From the NCBI RefSeq assembly GCF_011745625.1, contig NW_027191467.1, positions 310,001 to 374,000 on the forward strand: a DNA stretch of 64,000 nucleotides, in the 5' to 3' direction. Positions 47,532 through 62,174 of the stretch are shown piece by piece. The notes under the pieces were generated by a model. It saw only the letters and a list, made by a program, of their open reading frames with translations. It ran no database searches and was not told the DNA's origin. How positions within the stretch are numbered: the stretch's first letter is position 1; the number at the start of each line of letters is the position of its first letter. This stretch comes from Cladosporium halotolerans. Its lineage: Eukaryota. The translations under genes and the position numbers were made by a program.

Positions 47532-47804
47532 AGTGAAATTGTTGTTTGTCGTGTCAGTCGCGAACGCCTGTTGATTTCGCGATGGACGGTTTCTAGAATT
47601 TCAAGATGGCTTCCAGCCCGGAAGCGCGAGCGAAAGCGAACCGAGGGACCGAAAGCCAACCAATCAGCACCACAGGATTCCCATGTTCCCGCTTCTTCGC
47701 CGCTTCTAACATCATTCTATGTTACCACCGCTGCCCGTACCCTCGCCTCCTTCAGCTAAACGCATCTCCAAACCAAACCCGCCAACACATTCACATCACC
47801 AAAT

Positions 47805-48353
47805 ATGCCTCGCCAGTCCCGCGGTCCCGCCTCTGCGCCCAAGCGCCCCACGGCGCCCACTCCCCAAACCCGCGCCGCTCCCCAGCAGCCCGCGCAAGCT
47901 CGCCAGGCCAGCACCGTCGCTCAGCCTCCCGCAAACCAGCACGCTCCTCCGCCTCCCCAGCAGGCCGCGCCCGCCTCCAGCGGTGGCAGCGGTCTCTTCG
48001 GCCAGATGGCCAGCACCGCCGCGTAAGCCTTTTCCCAATCTACCTTGCCACTCCCACACTCCTAGCTAACACCTCCCCTCAGCGGTGTCGCAGTCGGCTC
48101 CTCGATCGGCCACGCCGTGGGCGGCTGGTTCAGCGGCGGCTCAAGCGCGCCCGTAGCGCCCGCCGACCAGCCCGTGGCTCAGGCGGACAACGGCGCGATG
48201 GCGATGAACTCGCAGTACCAGCCGCCGGCGGTCTGCGCGCAGGACGTCAGCAACTTCCGCTCCTGCATGGACCAGAACCAGGGCGACCTGACCATCTGCG
48301 GCTGGTATCTGGACCAGCTGAAGGCTTGCCAGGCTGCGGCTAGCAAGTACTAG
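47805..48353 (+). CDS. MIX17: Mitochondrial IMS twin-CX9C protein (CHCHD2/Mix17); intron 48023-48082
   Basis: GLFGQMASTAA|GVAVGSSIGHAVG and CAQDVSNFRSCMDQNQGDLTICGWYLDQLKAC. Confidence 0.93.
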
Positions 48354-48850
48354 ATGGAAGAAAGAGAGGAAGAGAAGCTGTATATTGGAATGAAGTCGAG
48401 AAGGAATTGAGTTTATTGGCATCACTAGTGGAATACCTGCATATGGAGGATAGCGTGTAAAAGAATTGATGGAGGCCTTTCTCTGCTCATACACAAATAA
48501 TACATTAAGCGTCGGCTCACCCTGTGGCTTTGCGCCTGGGTACCTCAAAAAGGCCCTTTGAATCAACAGTGCCCGCGAGATGTAAGAAGTGATGTATTCC
48601 ATTTTGGCGAGCATGCCTGCAATACTTGCAAGCAACTATCTCGATTCTCTCACATCTCGTATGCGAAGACCGTGAGGGATATCCCGGTGACGCTTGTCCA
48701 ACCTCGAGAGGTGGACCGAATCAATCGAGAAAAGCCTGTGCCTTTGAGGTGTTCGTGGGTGTTCCCTGCCAGTTCATAGAGCATCCATTCCTCCGTGCGC
48801 CTTTCAAAGAACGCCGACATCGTGTCAGTCATCCCATTTCTTCCAATTCC

Positions 48851-49324
48851 TCAGTCCTCGTTCAGTAGATCGTCGAGGTCGTCATCGTCCCAGCCGCCCT
48901 TGCGCCTGTGCACCGTCACCTTCTCGGTCTCCTGCTGCTGCTCACTGACAGCTTCCAAAATGCTCTTGAGTTGCTCCTCGTTCACTTTCTGCCTCAGCTG
49001 GCCGCTGCGGGCCAGCATGATCAGACGGTTCTCGACATCTTCGGCTCGGGAGGCTTTCACCAGACGAATGCGCCCGATGCGGTCGGCGGCTGCGGGCTCG
49101 AGGATTTGTTGCAGGATCGAGGCGCGGATTTCAGCTTCGCGTTTTCTAAAAGGTAGGGGAAATTAGTTGTCGGGTGTGAAATATTTTGGCGCGAAGACTC
49201 ACTGTGCCTGCTGCTTCTGCTCCTGCTCCTCGCCGCCACCTCCACCACCACCGCTAGGACCAGCCTGCGACTGCAACTGCTGCTTTCTCGCCGAGCGGAT
49301 CGCTGCTAACTCGTCGTCTGCCAT
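48851..49324 (-). CDS. PDCD5/Sdd2 double-stranded DNA-binding family protein; intron 49146-49202
   Basis: MADDELAAIRSARKQQL...ILQQILEPAAADRIGRIRLVK...VENRLIMLARSGQLRQKVNEEQL...RRKGGWDDDD. Confidence 0.92.
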
Positions 49325-50500
49325 GTTGTGTGGTGTGCCGTGGTGACTGACGTGCGGAGATCACGTGCTATAGTGGGCTGTGCTGGGCTTGCTCTGAAGA
49401 CGCGGGCGCGGGCGCGGCCGGCTTCGGGCGAGCGCCAGGCAGCCAGCCTGCCCCTCCCGCTCGCACAGCACGCCTCACCAACCCGTGCCACCAAGGGCAA
49501 AGGAGGGGTTGGAAACCCAAGATCCCCTCAGGCTTCCAGCAGATCTAGCTCGACAGCTTACCGCCACCCGAAGCAACAAAGAGCAGCCTCCCCACGATCT
49601 CCGACCCAGTCACTGCACTCCGCGATGGCGTGCGAACATCACACGGCGACGCACGTTTCGTCTTCATGATGCGGGATTGCGATGATGGCAGCGCAGGGTC
49701 GGAGCACCTCAGCGAGCACGCGAAGGATGGCACGCCCTCTCGATCCCTGACGTCCTCCCGGGCCTGCCGAGCGCAAGAGCCGCAAACGTCGCTGGGCCAG
49801 CAGCCCAATCTCGCCGCCGGCGTGGAGCGCGTCGAGACTTCGCGTGGACGGTGGGTGGGCTCTGTCACTGCTGTGGACCACGGCGAACTCGGAAATAGGA
49901 GGCTGCTTTCACCGACAACACGACTCAGACGCGAACAATGGCCCCGGCGCTCGCATGGCATTGCTCTGTTATGCGTGGGCGGCACTCGGCTGGCTTTGAT
50001 GATGATGATGAGCTAGGATTCAGAACATTCTACGCGCCAACGGGTCTCGGCCCTGCAGACAGACTCGCCATCGGAATCGACGCTGATCAAGCCGTCGGAC
50101 TGCTCTGGGAACGGCCTGGCGATTTCTGTCATCATTTGCTCTGTGCCTAAGGCACGTTTAGCGCGGGCCGTGGTCGTCGGCCAATCAGCGCTGACACAGG
50201 GTCCGCTTTGCGATTGCGTGCTCGAAAGAAAACTGATGCAAGCCGCCGTTGATTTCAAAGGCGTGATTATGGCCCACGGCAGTGCCGTGACCGGCGCCTG
50301 CGATATAGGCAAGTCTTGGGTTTCCTTTCCTTTCTCCTCGACATCCCTCTCCGTGACTGTTCTCCTCGTGTGGCACTCTAATCCAGGCGCTGTCAATCTA
50401 TATACGCGACGCTCGTCCATTCCATTGTCCATACACCCGTAACCGCCACGTTCTCAACGAGACAGTCTTCTCCGGATCTGCCCACTCTCTCTCATTCACA

Positions 50501-51400
50501 ATGGCTTACCGTCGACGCTCTACATCCTCGAACGGCGACGCTGAGTCTGGATATGCCAGCGGCTCTTCCACTGCCAGCCTGCCCGACGTCTACTTCACGA
50601 GGCCTCACCTCAAGTACATCAACGCACAATTGAGCAAACTCGAGCCCGTCGATGTCCTGAAATGGTGCATGACGACATTTCCTCGCCTGTTCCAAACATC
50701 TGCTTTCGGCTTGACTGGTCTTGCAATCATGGACATGGTTTCCAAGCTGGACACTGTGATCAAACCTGACATCGATCTGATCTTCCTCGACACCCTCTAC
50801 CACTTCAAGGAGACTCTTGAGCTCGTTGACCGCGTCCGTGAGCAATACCCTCACCTGAAGATCCACGTCTACAAGCCTGCTGGGTGCGACACCACTGCCG
50901 ACTTCGAAGCCAAGCACGGCGAACGCCTCTGGGAGACGAACGATGAGCTCTACGACGCCGTCGCCAAGGTCGAGCCTGCCGCCCGTGCCTACCAAGAACT
51001 CGACGTCAAGGCCGTCCTGACTGGTCGTCGCCGCACCCAGGGCGGCAAGCGTGGTGACATCGACATCGTTGAGGTCGACGACCAGGGTCTGATCAAGATC
51101 AACCCGCTCGCCAACTGGTCTTTCAAGGAGGTTCAGGCCTACATCAAGGACAACAACGTCCCGACCAACTCTCTCCTTGACCAGGGCTACCGCTCCGTTG
51201 GCGACTGGCACTCAACCCAGCCCGTGACCGACTCGGAAGACGAGCGTGCCGGCCGCTGGAAGGGCAAGAACAAGACCGAGTGCGGCATCCACAACAAGCG
51301 TTCCCGCTACGCCATGTTCCTGCAGGAGCAAGAGCAGAAGCGTCAGCAGGAGCTGAGCGACGCCATCACCAACGGCCTCAACATCCCTGCCAACGCTTAA
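50501..51400 (+). CDS. MET16: PAPS reductase
   Basis: QTSAFGLTG, IFLDTLYHFKET, KVEP, LTGRRRTQG, KINPLANW, GYRSVGDWHST and ERAGRWKGKNKTECGIH. Confidence 0.97.
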   Translation: MAYRRRSTSSNGDAESGYASGSSTASLPDVYFTRPHLKYINAQLSKLEPVDVLKWCMTTFPRLFQTSAFGLTGLAIMDMVSKLDTVIKPDIDLIFLDTLYHFKETLELVDRVREQYPHLKIHVYKPAGCDTTADFEAKHGERLWETNDELYDAVAKVEPAARAYQELDVKAVLTGRRRTQGGKRGDIDIVEVDDQGLIKINPLANWSFKEVQAYIKDNNVPTNSLLDQGYRSVGDWHSTQPVTDSEDERAGRWKGKNKTECGIHNKRSRYAMFLQEQEQKRQQELSDAITNGLNIPANA

Positions 51401-52003
51401 TGTCGTCTTGTCCATGATCAAGACAATTTTTCATTTTTGTTTCAACGAGTATAACGACACTCGAAAAGGGTCGGACGATATTAGATGACCTTGGGCATCG
51501 GCGTTTTTTAAGCTGCGTTCAGCTGGGGCTTATAGGAGTAATGATGGAACGGGAAAATACCTTGGGATCAGCATTTTAGCATCGGCGTTTGACGGATACA
51601 GCGATCATGATTTTATTTTCAGAAGGATGATATGGGAAGGTGAGAGAGTGGCGAGAGGCTGGGCATATGCCTACAAAAGAAGCGAGCAGTTCTCCACGGA
51701 GACAGAAAGTTGATAAACCTACACAGGCTGCCCACGAGCAGTCCTAAACAATAAAATAAAAACAATGAAAACATTCGAAACACGCATTCTCAGTGGCACA
51801 TACATTGCGATCAGCAAGGGCGACTTCGCGTCCGTCAGATCGTTATCCGCTGCTGGTAACCCTGCTGCACATCACACAGGCACAATGGAAGTCGCTATCT
51901 TTCACGTCGATTAGTAGCTGGCGATCAGCAATGGCACACGTGGTGCATGAGTACTGTAATCCGTGGTTCTCCGCGACGACGAGGATGGATTTTCGGCAGC
52001 GTG

Positions 52004-52295
52004 ATCACGCCATCGCTGGGCGCTGAAGAGTGCGTCAAGAACACCAGACGGAATGGAACACGTCGCAGTCACAAACATTCATGAACACTGTGATCGAGAA
52101 ATGTTGACCAAGCAGTGCATCCGCCGTGCACAGGGCATATGAGATCGGTCAGGGTGACGCGAGGTTGACAGGCACTCGCTCGCACAGATGCCGACGAAGA
52201 GGTGAGGTGGTGAGGCGCTCGCGTCTCCACACCGGCGCTGGCTGGCAGGGCTCGGCGGGCTGAGTGGATGCTAGCAGCCATCACGCCATCGCTGG
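52004..52295. promoter_or_regulatory. Two identical 16-mers ATCACGCCATCGCTGG (52004-52019, 52280-52295) upstream of MET3; putative CYS3/MetR sites
   Basis: Exact direct repeat. Its reverse complement contains ATGGCGTGAT, a 9/10 match to the Neurospora CYS3 consensus ATGRYRYCAT. Confidence 0.5.
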
Positions 52296-52925
52296 CTGAC
52301 GAGCGAGACGAAGCAGACGACCTGCCCGCCGTCTGGCACAAATTGCACAGTCGCTCGCAGGGCTGGCAGCGCAGTGCGAACCACGTGCATCCCGTGCTGC
52401 AGTCCAAAACGATCATCGCATCCAAAACGCGGGCGCAATCGACACGAAACTCGCCTCCCCAGCGCCGCGCAGGCCCCGTCGTCATCAGCCAGCGGGCCTC
52501 GCACGCTTCTGCCGCGTCGCCGCGGTCGGTGCTGATCCCGTACCTGCAGACGCAGCGCTGCCAGCCTGCCTCTGCGCCAGACAACCGCCCCGGCCTAGAT
52601 AATTTTTCCCAGGGCGCGCTCGGCGCATTGTTCAGCAGTCGTCTGTTCGAGAAGCCCTCGCGCGCTCCCTAAATCGTTGATCTGCCTACCGCCGTTAGCG
52701 GTGCCCCAGTTTCAACCGACCGCCCGATACACCTCCGGGCCCCATTGGCACTTCCTCCCACTATCCCCCGCGCTCTCGTCGACAAATCACCCTTGCCTCG
52801 CTCCCGACTTTAGACTTTCCTGACGTACCTGTTCCTCTTTCTCTTTCGTTTGCATAGCTGGGAGAAAAGTTCCTCCAGGAGTTTCTTTTTTTCTACCCAC
52901 ATTCACATCACATCCGTTGGACAAA

Positions 52926-54770
<1,845 letters not shown>

Positions 54771-55343
54771 ATTGGGGGGTGTTGCTGTTGTGATGAATAC
54801 ATGAAATGAAATAAGATTTTGACCGGGAAGAGATAGAGGTGGAAAAAGAATCTGGATTATAAAAAAGCAATACACTTTCTGTTCCGTCAGTTGTCGATAC
54901 GTGAGGTGTGAGGGCCTCTCACATTCTTCTTGAAACAGGTGTCGTGGTTTGGAAAGATTATCAGGCCCGGCGATGCAATTGACATTTTCCAGCTTGATTA
55001 GTCCCAACTAGACAGATCTTTGTACATGCATGTTGAAGTGTGGTGTTGTACGTATCGTTAGTTCACATGGCATCACTTGGTCGCGGATGCGATGCAGCCT
55101 GAGGCACTCACGCCTGCGCTTGCGCTTTGGCTCTCCAACTTTCCCGCTCCACCAAGGTGCTCTCTTCGAACATCTTACCTGCTATTAACGGCACTTCCCC
55201 AACCAGCTCCCACTGGACAGACCCTCAGCTCCCTGACTCCCCTGCTACGATTCGTGTGAACCTAACACACCGTCTATTCCAATCACCCTGCTTCTTCACA
55301 GCACGCGCATCGCACAACCTCATACTCTCGCCATCCCTCAGCC

Positions 55344-56597
55344 ATGGGCAAACGCAGACGCGAGCGCGACAGGCCCAAAGCCGGCCCAAACGACCTCTAC
55401 AACCCCAACAAGCGCGTGCAGCTCACCTACGGCGACGAAGACGAGTCGGAAGCCGACTCAAGCGGCCTGCCGGAGCAGCCTCCACTCAACCTCCCCGCCG
55501 CAGCGAAACTGGATTCACCAGCTTCGGCCGCGCAACCCAGCGACGCCCGCGACAGCGAAGCAAACACAAGCGAACCCACCTCAAAACGCCCCTCTCGCGA
55601 CCCCAGCCGCAAACCCAATGCCAAACCTGGCCGCAACTCAGCGACGAACCAGAAGCCCGCGCTCGGCTCTCTGGCGTACCAGTTTGAGGGGGACGACGAC
55701 GATGATGACGGCGCGGACTACCCCAGCGAGGAAGACGAGGCGATGGCGTACCTCAAAGCCGTGCGGTCGGAGCGCCAGGGCATGCCAGCCGTTCTGCGGG
55801 TTGCAGAAGAGCGCAGCGGTCGGGATCCTGATTATGAGGTTGGGGATAGTCGTGGGTTCTATGTTGAGGATTGTTATATCGCGCGGCCGGCGCTGGGGCC
55901 GTCAGCCCCAGTGAAGACGACGGTTACGCCGAGGCAGGCGTATACGAGGGTGCTGGGGAGGCGGTTTGAGGCGATGCGGGAGCGTTTGAAGGGACCTCCT
56001 CCGGCGAGTGTCGAGGGGTCTGGAAAGGAGGGGAGCAGACCTTTCCTGAACCCTAAAGGTGGCAGGGAGGCTTACACTGAGTGTGTGAGTATCGTGAAGA
56101 GCAGCTCACCGTCACTCGACCAACTATACGCGCTGTCTCAGGAAGACACGCTGAGCACGCTGGAGCTGATCCAGAAGCACTTTTTCAAACGAGGTGAGAC
56201 CCTCAGCAACCACGTCAGCGCATGGATATGGGCCCTCCTTGCGAAGCTCGACGTCGTCGGCACGATGAACAACGACGAGGTTTTCGTGCTTAGAGACCTG
56301 GGTAAGCGGGCTCTGGTCATCCAAATCTCATTCAGCGATGCCGCAATGGCTGCGCAACTAGAGGAGCTCGCACGTGCAGAAGCGGGATCTGAATCTGACG
56401 GGAGCGCTTCGCCTGCAAGTGAGGAGCCGCAGACAGCGGCATCAGGAGAGACTGATAGTGCAGATTCGCCTGCCATGCCGAAGCAGGATCCGGAGAACAC
56501 GCTTGCCACTCTCGACATGATCATAACAATTGTAGGGGAGTTCTACGGCCAGCGAGATCTACTCGACTCCAGACGCTCGTGGGATCCAGAAGAGTGA
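55344..56597 (+). CDS. Gemin2/Brr1-like (SIP1 domain) snRNP assembly factor
   Basis: EAMAYLKAVRSE, WIWALLAKL...LRDLGKRA and C-terminal DMIITIVGEFYGQRDL. Confidence 0.75.
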   Translation: MGKRRRERDRPKAGPNDLYNPNKRVQLTYGDEDESEADSSGLPEQPPLNLPAAAKLDSPASAAQPSDARDSEANTSEPTSKRPSRDPSRKPNAKPGRNSATNQKPALGSLAYQFEGDDDDDDGADYPSEEDEAMAYLKAVRSERQGMPAVLRVAEERSGRDPDYEVGDSRGFYVEDCYIARPALGPSAPVKTTVTPRQAYTRVLGRRFEAMRERLKGPPPASVEGSGKEGSRPFLNPKGGREAYTECVSIVKSSSPSLDQLYALSQEDTLSTLELIQKHFFKRGETLSNHVSAWIWALLAKLDVVGTMNNDEVFVLRDLGKRALVIQISFSDAAMAAQLEELARAEAGSESDGSASPASEEPQTAASGETDSADSPAMPKQDPENTLATLDMIITIVGEFYGQRDLLDSRRSWDPEE

Positions 56598-56879
56598 GTT
56601 CGCCGAAATGGTCGTCTGTCAATAGCCGCGACGTTACCCGTCGGCTAGTGCGGAGAGATGCCCGCTTGACTGCAGCTGGAGCTCCGCTGCGGAGATCTGT
56701 ACAGTGCGTGCCCTCGTATGTGACTTGCAGGGCGCGCGATTGCCGACTTGCTGTTATCTGCTCGGTAGGTAGATTCATCATTTTCGTCTCGTCGAGTCAC
56801 CCTGTATCAAAGACCTTTTCTGTTTCAGAAATCAAGACCAAGAAATTCCCCTATCACAACCCTACCAACATACACCACC

Positions 56880-58445
56880 ATGCCCAGCATCTCAGAAATC
56901 GCCAATGAACACCGCCCCGACCTATCCAAATATGAATCCCTCTACAAACACTTCCACGCCAACCCCGAGCTCTCCAACCAAGAGAAAGAAACCGCCGCCC
57001 GCTGCGTCGCCGAGCTAGAATCCATCTCCCCGGACTTCAACATCAAACCCAGCATCGGCGGCCACGGCCTCGCCGCCACCCTCGCCAATGGCCCCGGCCC
57101 AACCGTCCTCCTGCGCGCCGACTTCGACGCCCTCCCCATCCAAGAGCGCACCGGCCTCCCCTACGCCAGCACCAAGCGCATGCGCGACGCCGACGGCGCC
57201 GAGAAACCCGTCATGCACGCCTGCGGCCACGACATGCACACCACCTGCCTCCTCGGCGCGGCCGAGACCCTCGCTGCTTCTCGCGGCGAATGGTCAGGGA
57301 CTCTGGTCCTCGTCTTCCAGCCGGCCGAGGAGCGCGGGACGGGCGCGCAGGCGATGGTCGACGAAGGCTTGTATGATCCGAAGCGGCACGGGGTTCCGGT
57401 GCCGGATGTGGTTCTGGGCGCGCATGTTATGCCGCATCGCGCGGGTGTGATTGGGACGCGCAAGGGCCTGATCATGAGTGCGGCGGATAGTATGAGGGTT
57501 ACGATGCATGGGAGGGGCGGGCATGCGAGTATGCCGCATAGGCTGGTGGATCCGGTTGTTATGGCTGCTAGTACTGTCATGAGGCTTCAGGGTAAGGGTT
57601 TCGAGGGATGGGGATTGGGGGTTGGGTATTTGAGCTGACTGGGTTGTAGTATGTTTCGCTTCGATCGGGAGGCGTTTTGAATCAGTTCCTTCGGGGTCGA
57701 TGGGCTTTCTCAAGACATTGGGAGCGGTTGAGATTTGAACAGTGATCGATTGGCTAACTCGTTTTGTCCAGACGATCGTCAGCCGCGAGGTCGACCCGTG
57801 AGTCGAGCCTTCTCCCCATCCGATATCAATCCAGAGTCGTCCTCACACCAAACCAAACACTAACACCCGCTCCCCAGCTACGACACCGCCGTCGTAACCT
57901 GCGCCAGCATCCAAGCCGGCGATGCAGAGAACGTCGTCATCGACGACGCGCGCCTCGCTATCGACGTGCGCACCACGAACCCGACAACCCGCAAAAAGAC
58001 CCTTGCCAGCATCCGCCGCATCGTCGCCGCCGAAGCCCTCGCCGGCAACGCCGTCAAAGACCCCACCTTCCAAGTCACCCGCTCCTTCCCGCTGACGATC
58101 AACGACGCCAAAATCACCGAGAAGCTCGAGTCCTCGTTCAGCGCGCACTTCCCCACGGACCGCCATCATTATGTCACGAGCGTATCGCAGCTGGCGGGGA
58201 GCGAGGATTTTAGTATTTTGGCGAGTGCGGTTGAGAAGCCGTATAGTTTTTTCGTGTACGGGGGGACGGATCCGGAGAAGTGGGATCAGGCGGAGAGGGA
58301 GGATAGGTTGATGGAGGATGTGCCTGTCAATCATAGTGGGTTGTTTGCGCCGGTGATTCAGCCCACGCTGAAGACGGGGTTGGATGGGTATGTTATTGCG
58401 GCGTTGACTTGGTTGGTGAAGGGGTCGGGGGAGATTCCTGTCTGA
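56880..58445 (+). CDS. M20-family metal-dependent amidohydrolase; exons 56880-57590, 57772-57797, 57878-58445; the first intervening sequence is a stwintron
   Basis: HANPELSNQE, LLRADFDALP, MHACGHDMH, FQPAEERGTGA, GRGGHASMPH, RLQ|TIVSREVDP, IQAGDAENV, GSEDF and NHSGLFAP. Confidence 0.93.
57591..57771 (+). other. [D1,2] spliceosomal twin intron: internal intron 57592-57649 nested between nt 1 and nt 2 of the external donor
   Basis: CAG|G[GTAAGG...GCTGAC...TAG]TATGT...GCTAAC...CAG|ACG. Removing the internal intron creates GTATGT. Two-step splicing gives in-frame RLQ-TIVSREVDP, whereas one-step splicing frameshifts. Confidence 0.85.
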
Positions 58446-59314
58446 GTTCATGTAGGGTTAACTGTAGCATGACATGTATATGCGTTCTCGTGGTTCAGCC
58501 AGGATTATTTGGATCGCACTGCCAAAATCCACGTGAGATGTAAGGAATGTCAAGTCGTGGAAACGGATGGGTTTGTGATATAATACATCCTAGACAGGGA
58601 GAAAACGAATCATGAAGCGAAGAATAGCCATTGAGCGAATAATAACGATAGCTTGATGCAGTTACAGCAGGGGAACTCATTGAAGACTCGCGCTGTTTTG
58701 ATAGACCGGTGTAGCGCTTTGATTCCTGGCAATGCAATTAAATGTCAAGCTAGAAAAATCATCACAGCAGTCAGGAGTGGCCGCTCCATCTACCCTTGCA
58801 GTTGATAGAGTGTCTGCGCAAGAACTGCCTATTTTCCCAATCTTACGCGATCAGCCTGCCAATTGCTTCCAATTGATTCTGACGTTTGACGGATGCGTGA
58901 CGCACGGACGCACTCGATCGCCAGCAAGCCTTCACTTTTCTAAGGTCGAGCACGAGGGCATCGAGACGCCCCAACGACATCGCTCCACCACCCGCACGCC
59001 CGCACACTCGCAGTCGCTGTAAAAGACGACTCGCCAGTGCTCGCATCTGCTGCGCTGGACCATCGCACCCTGCCGCCCTGCTGACACACGCGCGCGTGCA
59101 GCGAGTCCCACCAGGCCAGCGTCTCCGCAATCGCAACCGCACACCATCACCACCGCCGTCGCCTCGCGCTCCATTGTCGCGCCCTATCAATGTTGCCTTC
59201 CGGATTGCGCCTGCCCACCACCTCCTCCCTCTCCCGAGCGGCGCTTCTGGTCTAAACGCCAGCGTTGCCTGGCTGGAGCTCGCATAGCTCCGGCTCCCTC
59301 GTCGCCGCTCCAGC

Positions 59315-62174
59315 ATGAATCACCACATCGTCCCGGGCAGCCACCCCATGCCCTCGGCCATTCCCTATCATGAGCAGTCGCGCCGCCAACAGCAATATCA
59401 TAGCCACATGTACGGCCCGCCGCCGCAGTCGCCAATTCACGCCAATCCCTACGCCTTCCACCATGGCCCGCCGCCGCCCTTCTACCCGCAGCAGCACCCG
59501 CAACAATATCCCCGCTGGCAGCCAATGTACAACCCATACAGCCACATGCCGCCAATGCCGCAGCAACAACCGCAACATGTACCTGCCTATCCGCCGCGCT
59601 CGCCAATGGTGGTTTCCTCGCAGCCGCACACCCAGCCAGTGAACGCGCCGTCCATGACCCCGAGGCAGACACCGATGCATCCTCACCAGCCCGCACAACC
59701 TCTTCAGCATACCCCAGTAGCAGCTCCATCTCCTCGACCGGTACCGCAACACATGTCTTCCTTCACGCAGATGTCCGTCGGTCTGCCCTCGCCCGCGCCA
59801 ACGCCCCCGAAGCGCGAGGAAACGCCTGCCGAGCAGGTCCCGCAACAATTTCCGGCTCAGGAGGACGCCCGATCTATGTCTATCTCGGATACTACATCTG
59901 CGCCTTCCCGGCGTCAGTCCAATGTAGCGAATGTGTTGCAACTGCCTCCTGAGACCAGAACACCTTTCTACCCTCCCGTGAGTCGAACCATACGACATAA
60001 ATTATTTACCAAGCAGTTACTGACTAAGCATCACAGCTTCCTTGGTACTCTCCTACTGCTACAGCCTCTGCTTTTCCCCGACGAGCGACTGCACGAAGAA
60101 AGCGCCAGAACCTGACCAAGTCGAACGATACCGTCGCCCTTCCTTCTCTCTCGAACGCATCGAACCAAGTGCAAAAAACGATAGAACAGCCTGCGAACAA
60201 AAAGTCTGAAGAGCTTGCATCGGAGACTTCGACCGTCGCTGCGACTTCCGCACGAGAGACTCCTGCCACATCTCAAGCGCCTTCTGAGAGCGATTTCACT
60301 CAGGTCTCTACGCCCACTACACCCGCGCAACCTTCTACATCTTCTCCTAAGCCATCCACAAGCTCGAGCCAGCAGCATGCACGTAAGGATACAAGGTCCG
60401 CTATTGCGGTCCCGAATATCGGTGGACTGCCAAAAGCGAAGACAGCACCGTCTTCCGCTGAAAAGCAGGGTCAAGAGGCAGAGGCTGCTCCTGTCGAAAA
60501 GCCGGCTGAGAGCAGCGCTGCTGAGAACACACCAGCAGCTGAGGCACCTCAATCGCCTCCGAAGGCTCCGCAGCCCAAATCCTGGGCCGACTTGGTTCGT
60601 ACCAAGGAGGCCAAGACGGCATCTGCTGCGAAGGCAAACGGCGTGGTAGCTCCGAACGGCGTTCAGAGCGTGCCGAAGAGCGCATCTCTCGCTGAAGCGC
60701 TCAGGCAGCACACCGTTACCAATGAGCATCTTTCTTTCCTGGAGCCAAGGGGTCTTGTAAATACTGGAAACATGTGCTATATGAACTCGGTAAGTAAGAG
60801 TTGGTACTACGAGCCTTGAGTACTGCTAACACGATACAGATCCTTCAAATTCTTGTATTTTGTACCCCATTTTACGACTTTCTCGACCAAGTCCGTCAAC
60901 GCACTGTCCACTCCATGAAGAGCGAGACGCCTCTCGTGGACGCTATGATCATGTTCATGAGGGAGTTCAAGGTACTAGCAGACGGTGAGAATACAGAAAA
61001 GCTCCGGAAGGTGCTCAGACAGGAGCAGCTCGAGCAATACGGCGAACCCATTACCCCGGAATATGTTTACGACGCCATCAGATCGCTGCCGCGCTTCCAA
61101 GGGATGAGGCGTGGACACCAACAAGATGCTGAGGAATTCCTCGGCTTTTTGCTGGAGGGTCTGCATGACGAATGTGTTGGCGTTATTCAGAACCAAGCGA
61201 ACGAGAAGTCGCAAGAAGAGTCGGCCAACGGCGAGGCCGAGGGCGGAGACGGTTGGCTCGAGGTCGGTCCTAAGCAGAAGTCTGCTGTGACGAGGACCTC
61301 CGGCCAAGAGGATGTACCTTCGCCTGTCACCAAGATTTTTGGTGGTCACCTGCGTTCGGAGCTTCGCGTTCCAGGTCAGAAGGACTCGGTCACACTTGAG
61401 CCTTACAAGCCTCTCCAACTTGATATTGGCTCGCCGCAGGTCAACAACATTGTTGACGCTCTCAAGGGGTTGACTCACACTGAAACTCTGACGGGCGACT
61501 TTGGTGGCCGAGGGAACGTGACTGCCAAGAAGCAGGTCTTCATCGACACCCTGCCGCCAGTCCTCATCCTTCACCTCAAGCGTTTCCAGTACGAGAATGC
61601 CCTTGGTGGTACCCAGAAGATCTGGAAGAAGGTTGGCTACCCGCTTGAGCTGGAGATTCCCAAGGACGTGCTCCCTCCCTCCAAGCGTGGAGGTCTAGCT
61701 GTCAAGGGCGGTCTTCCCAAATACCGTCTCATCTCAGTCGTCTACCATCACGGCAAGTCAGCGGCCGGCGGCCACTACACCGTCGACGTCCTCCGCCAGG
61801 ATTCAAGCGAATGGGTCCGCATGGATGACACCGTCATCCGTCGCGTGCGCCCTCAGGACGTTGCCGAAGGCGGCGCAGAGGAGGACCCCAAGCTGCTCGC
61901 CAAGGCGTTGGAGCAGCACAAGAACGACCAAGATCTGCAGAAGCAGCGCAACATGTACGAAGGCCTCGATGACGACGACCGGGAGCACGAGGAGAAGCCC
62001 TGGTCAGAGGTCAACGGCAACGCCGCTGGCTCGGCCAAGAAGCTGGCACAGCAGAGCAACGGCACCAACACACCGAGCAGCGCTGCCGGCAAGAGGACGC
62101 CGATCGCTCGCCGCGAGGGCGTCAAGGATAACAAGGTCGCGTACATCTTGCTCTACGAGCGTATCCGCTCTTGA
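59315..62174 (+). CDS. UBP3: Ubiquitin-specific protease Ubp3/USP10-like with long Pro/Gln-rich N-terminus; introns 59978-60036 and 60790-60839
   Basis: Cys box PRGLVNTGNMCYMNS|ILQIL, GHQQDAEEFL, LPPVLILHLKRFQY, His box VVYHHGKSAAGGHYT, WVRMDD and VAYILLYER. Confidence 0.93.
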
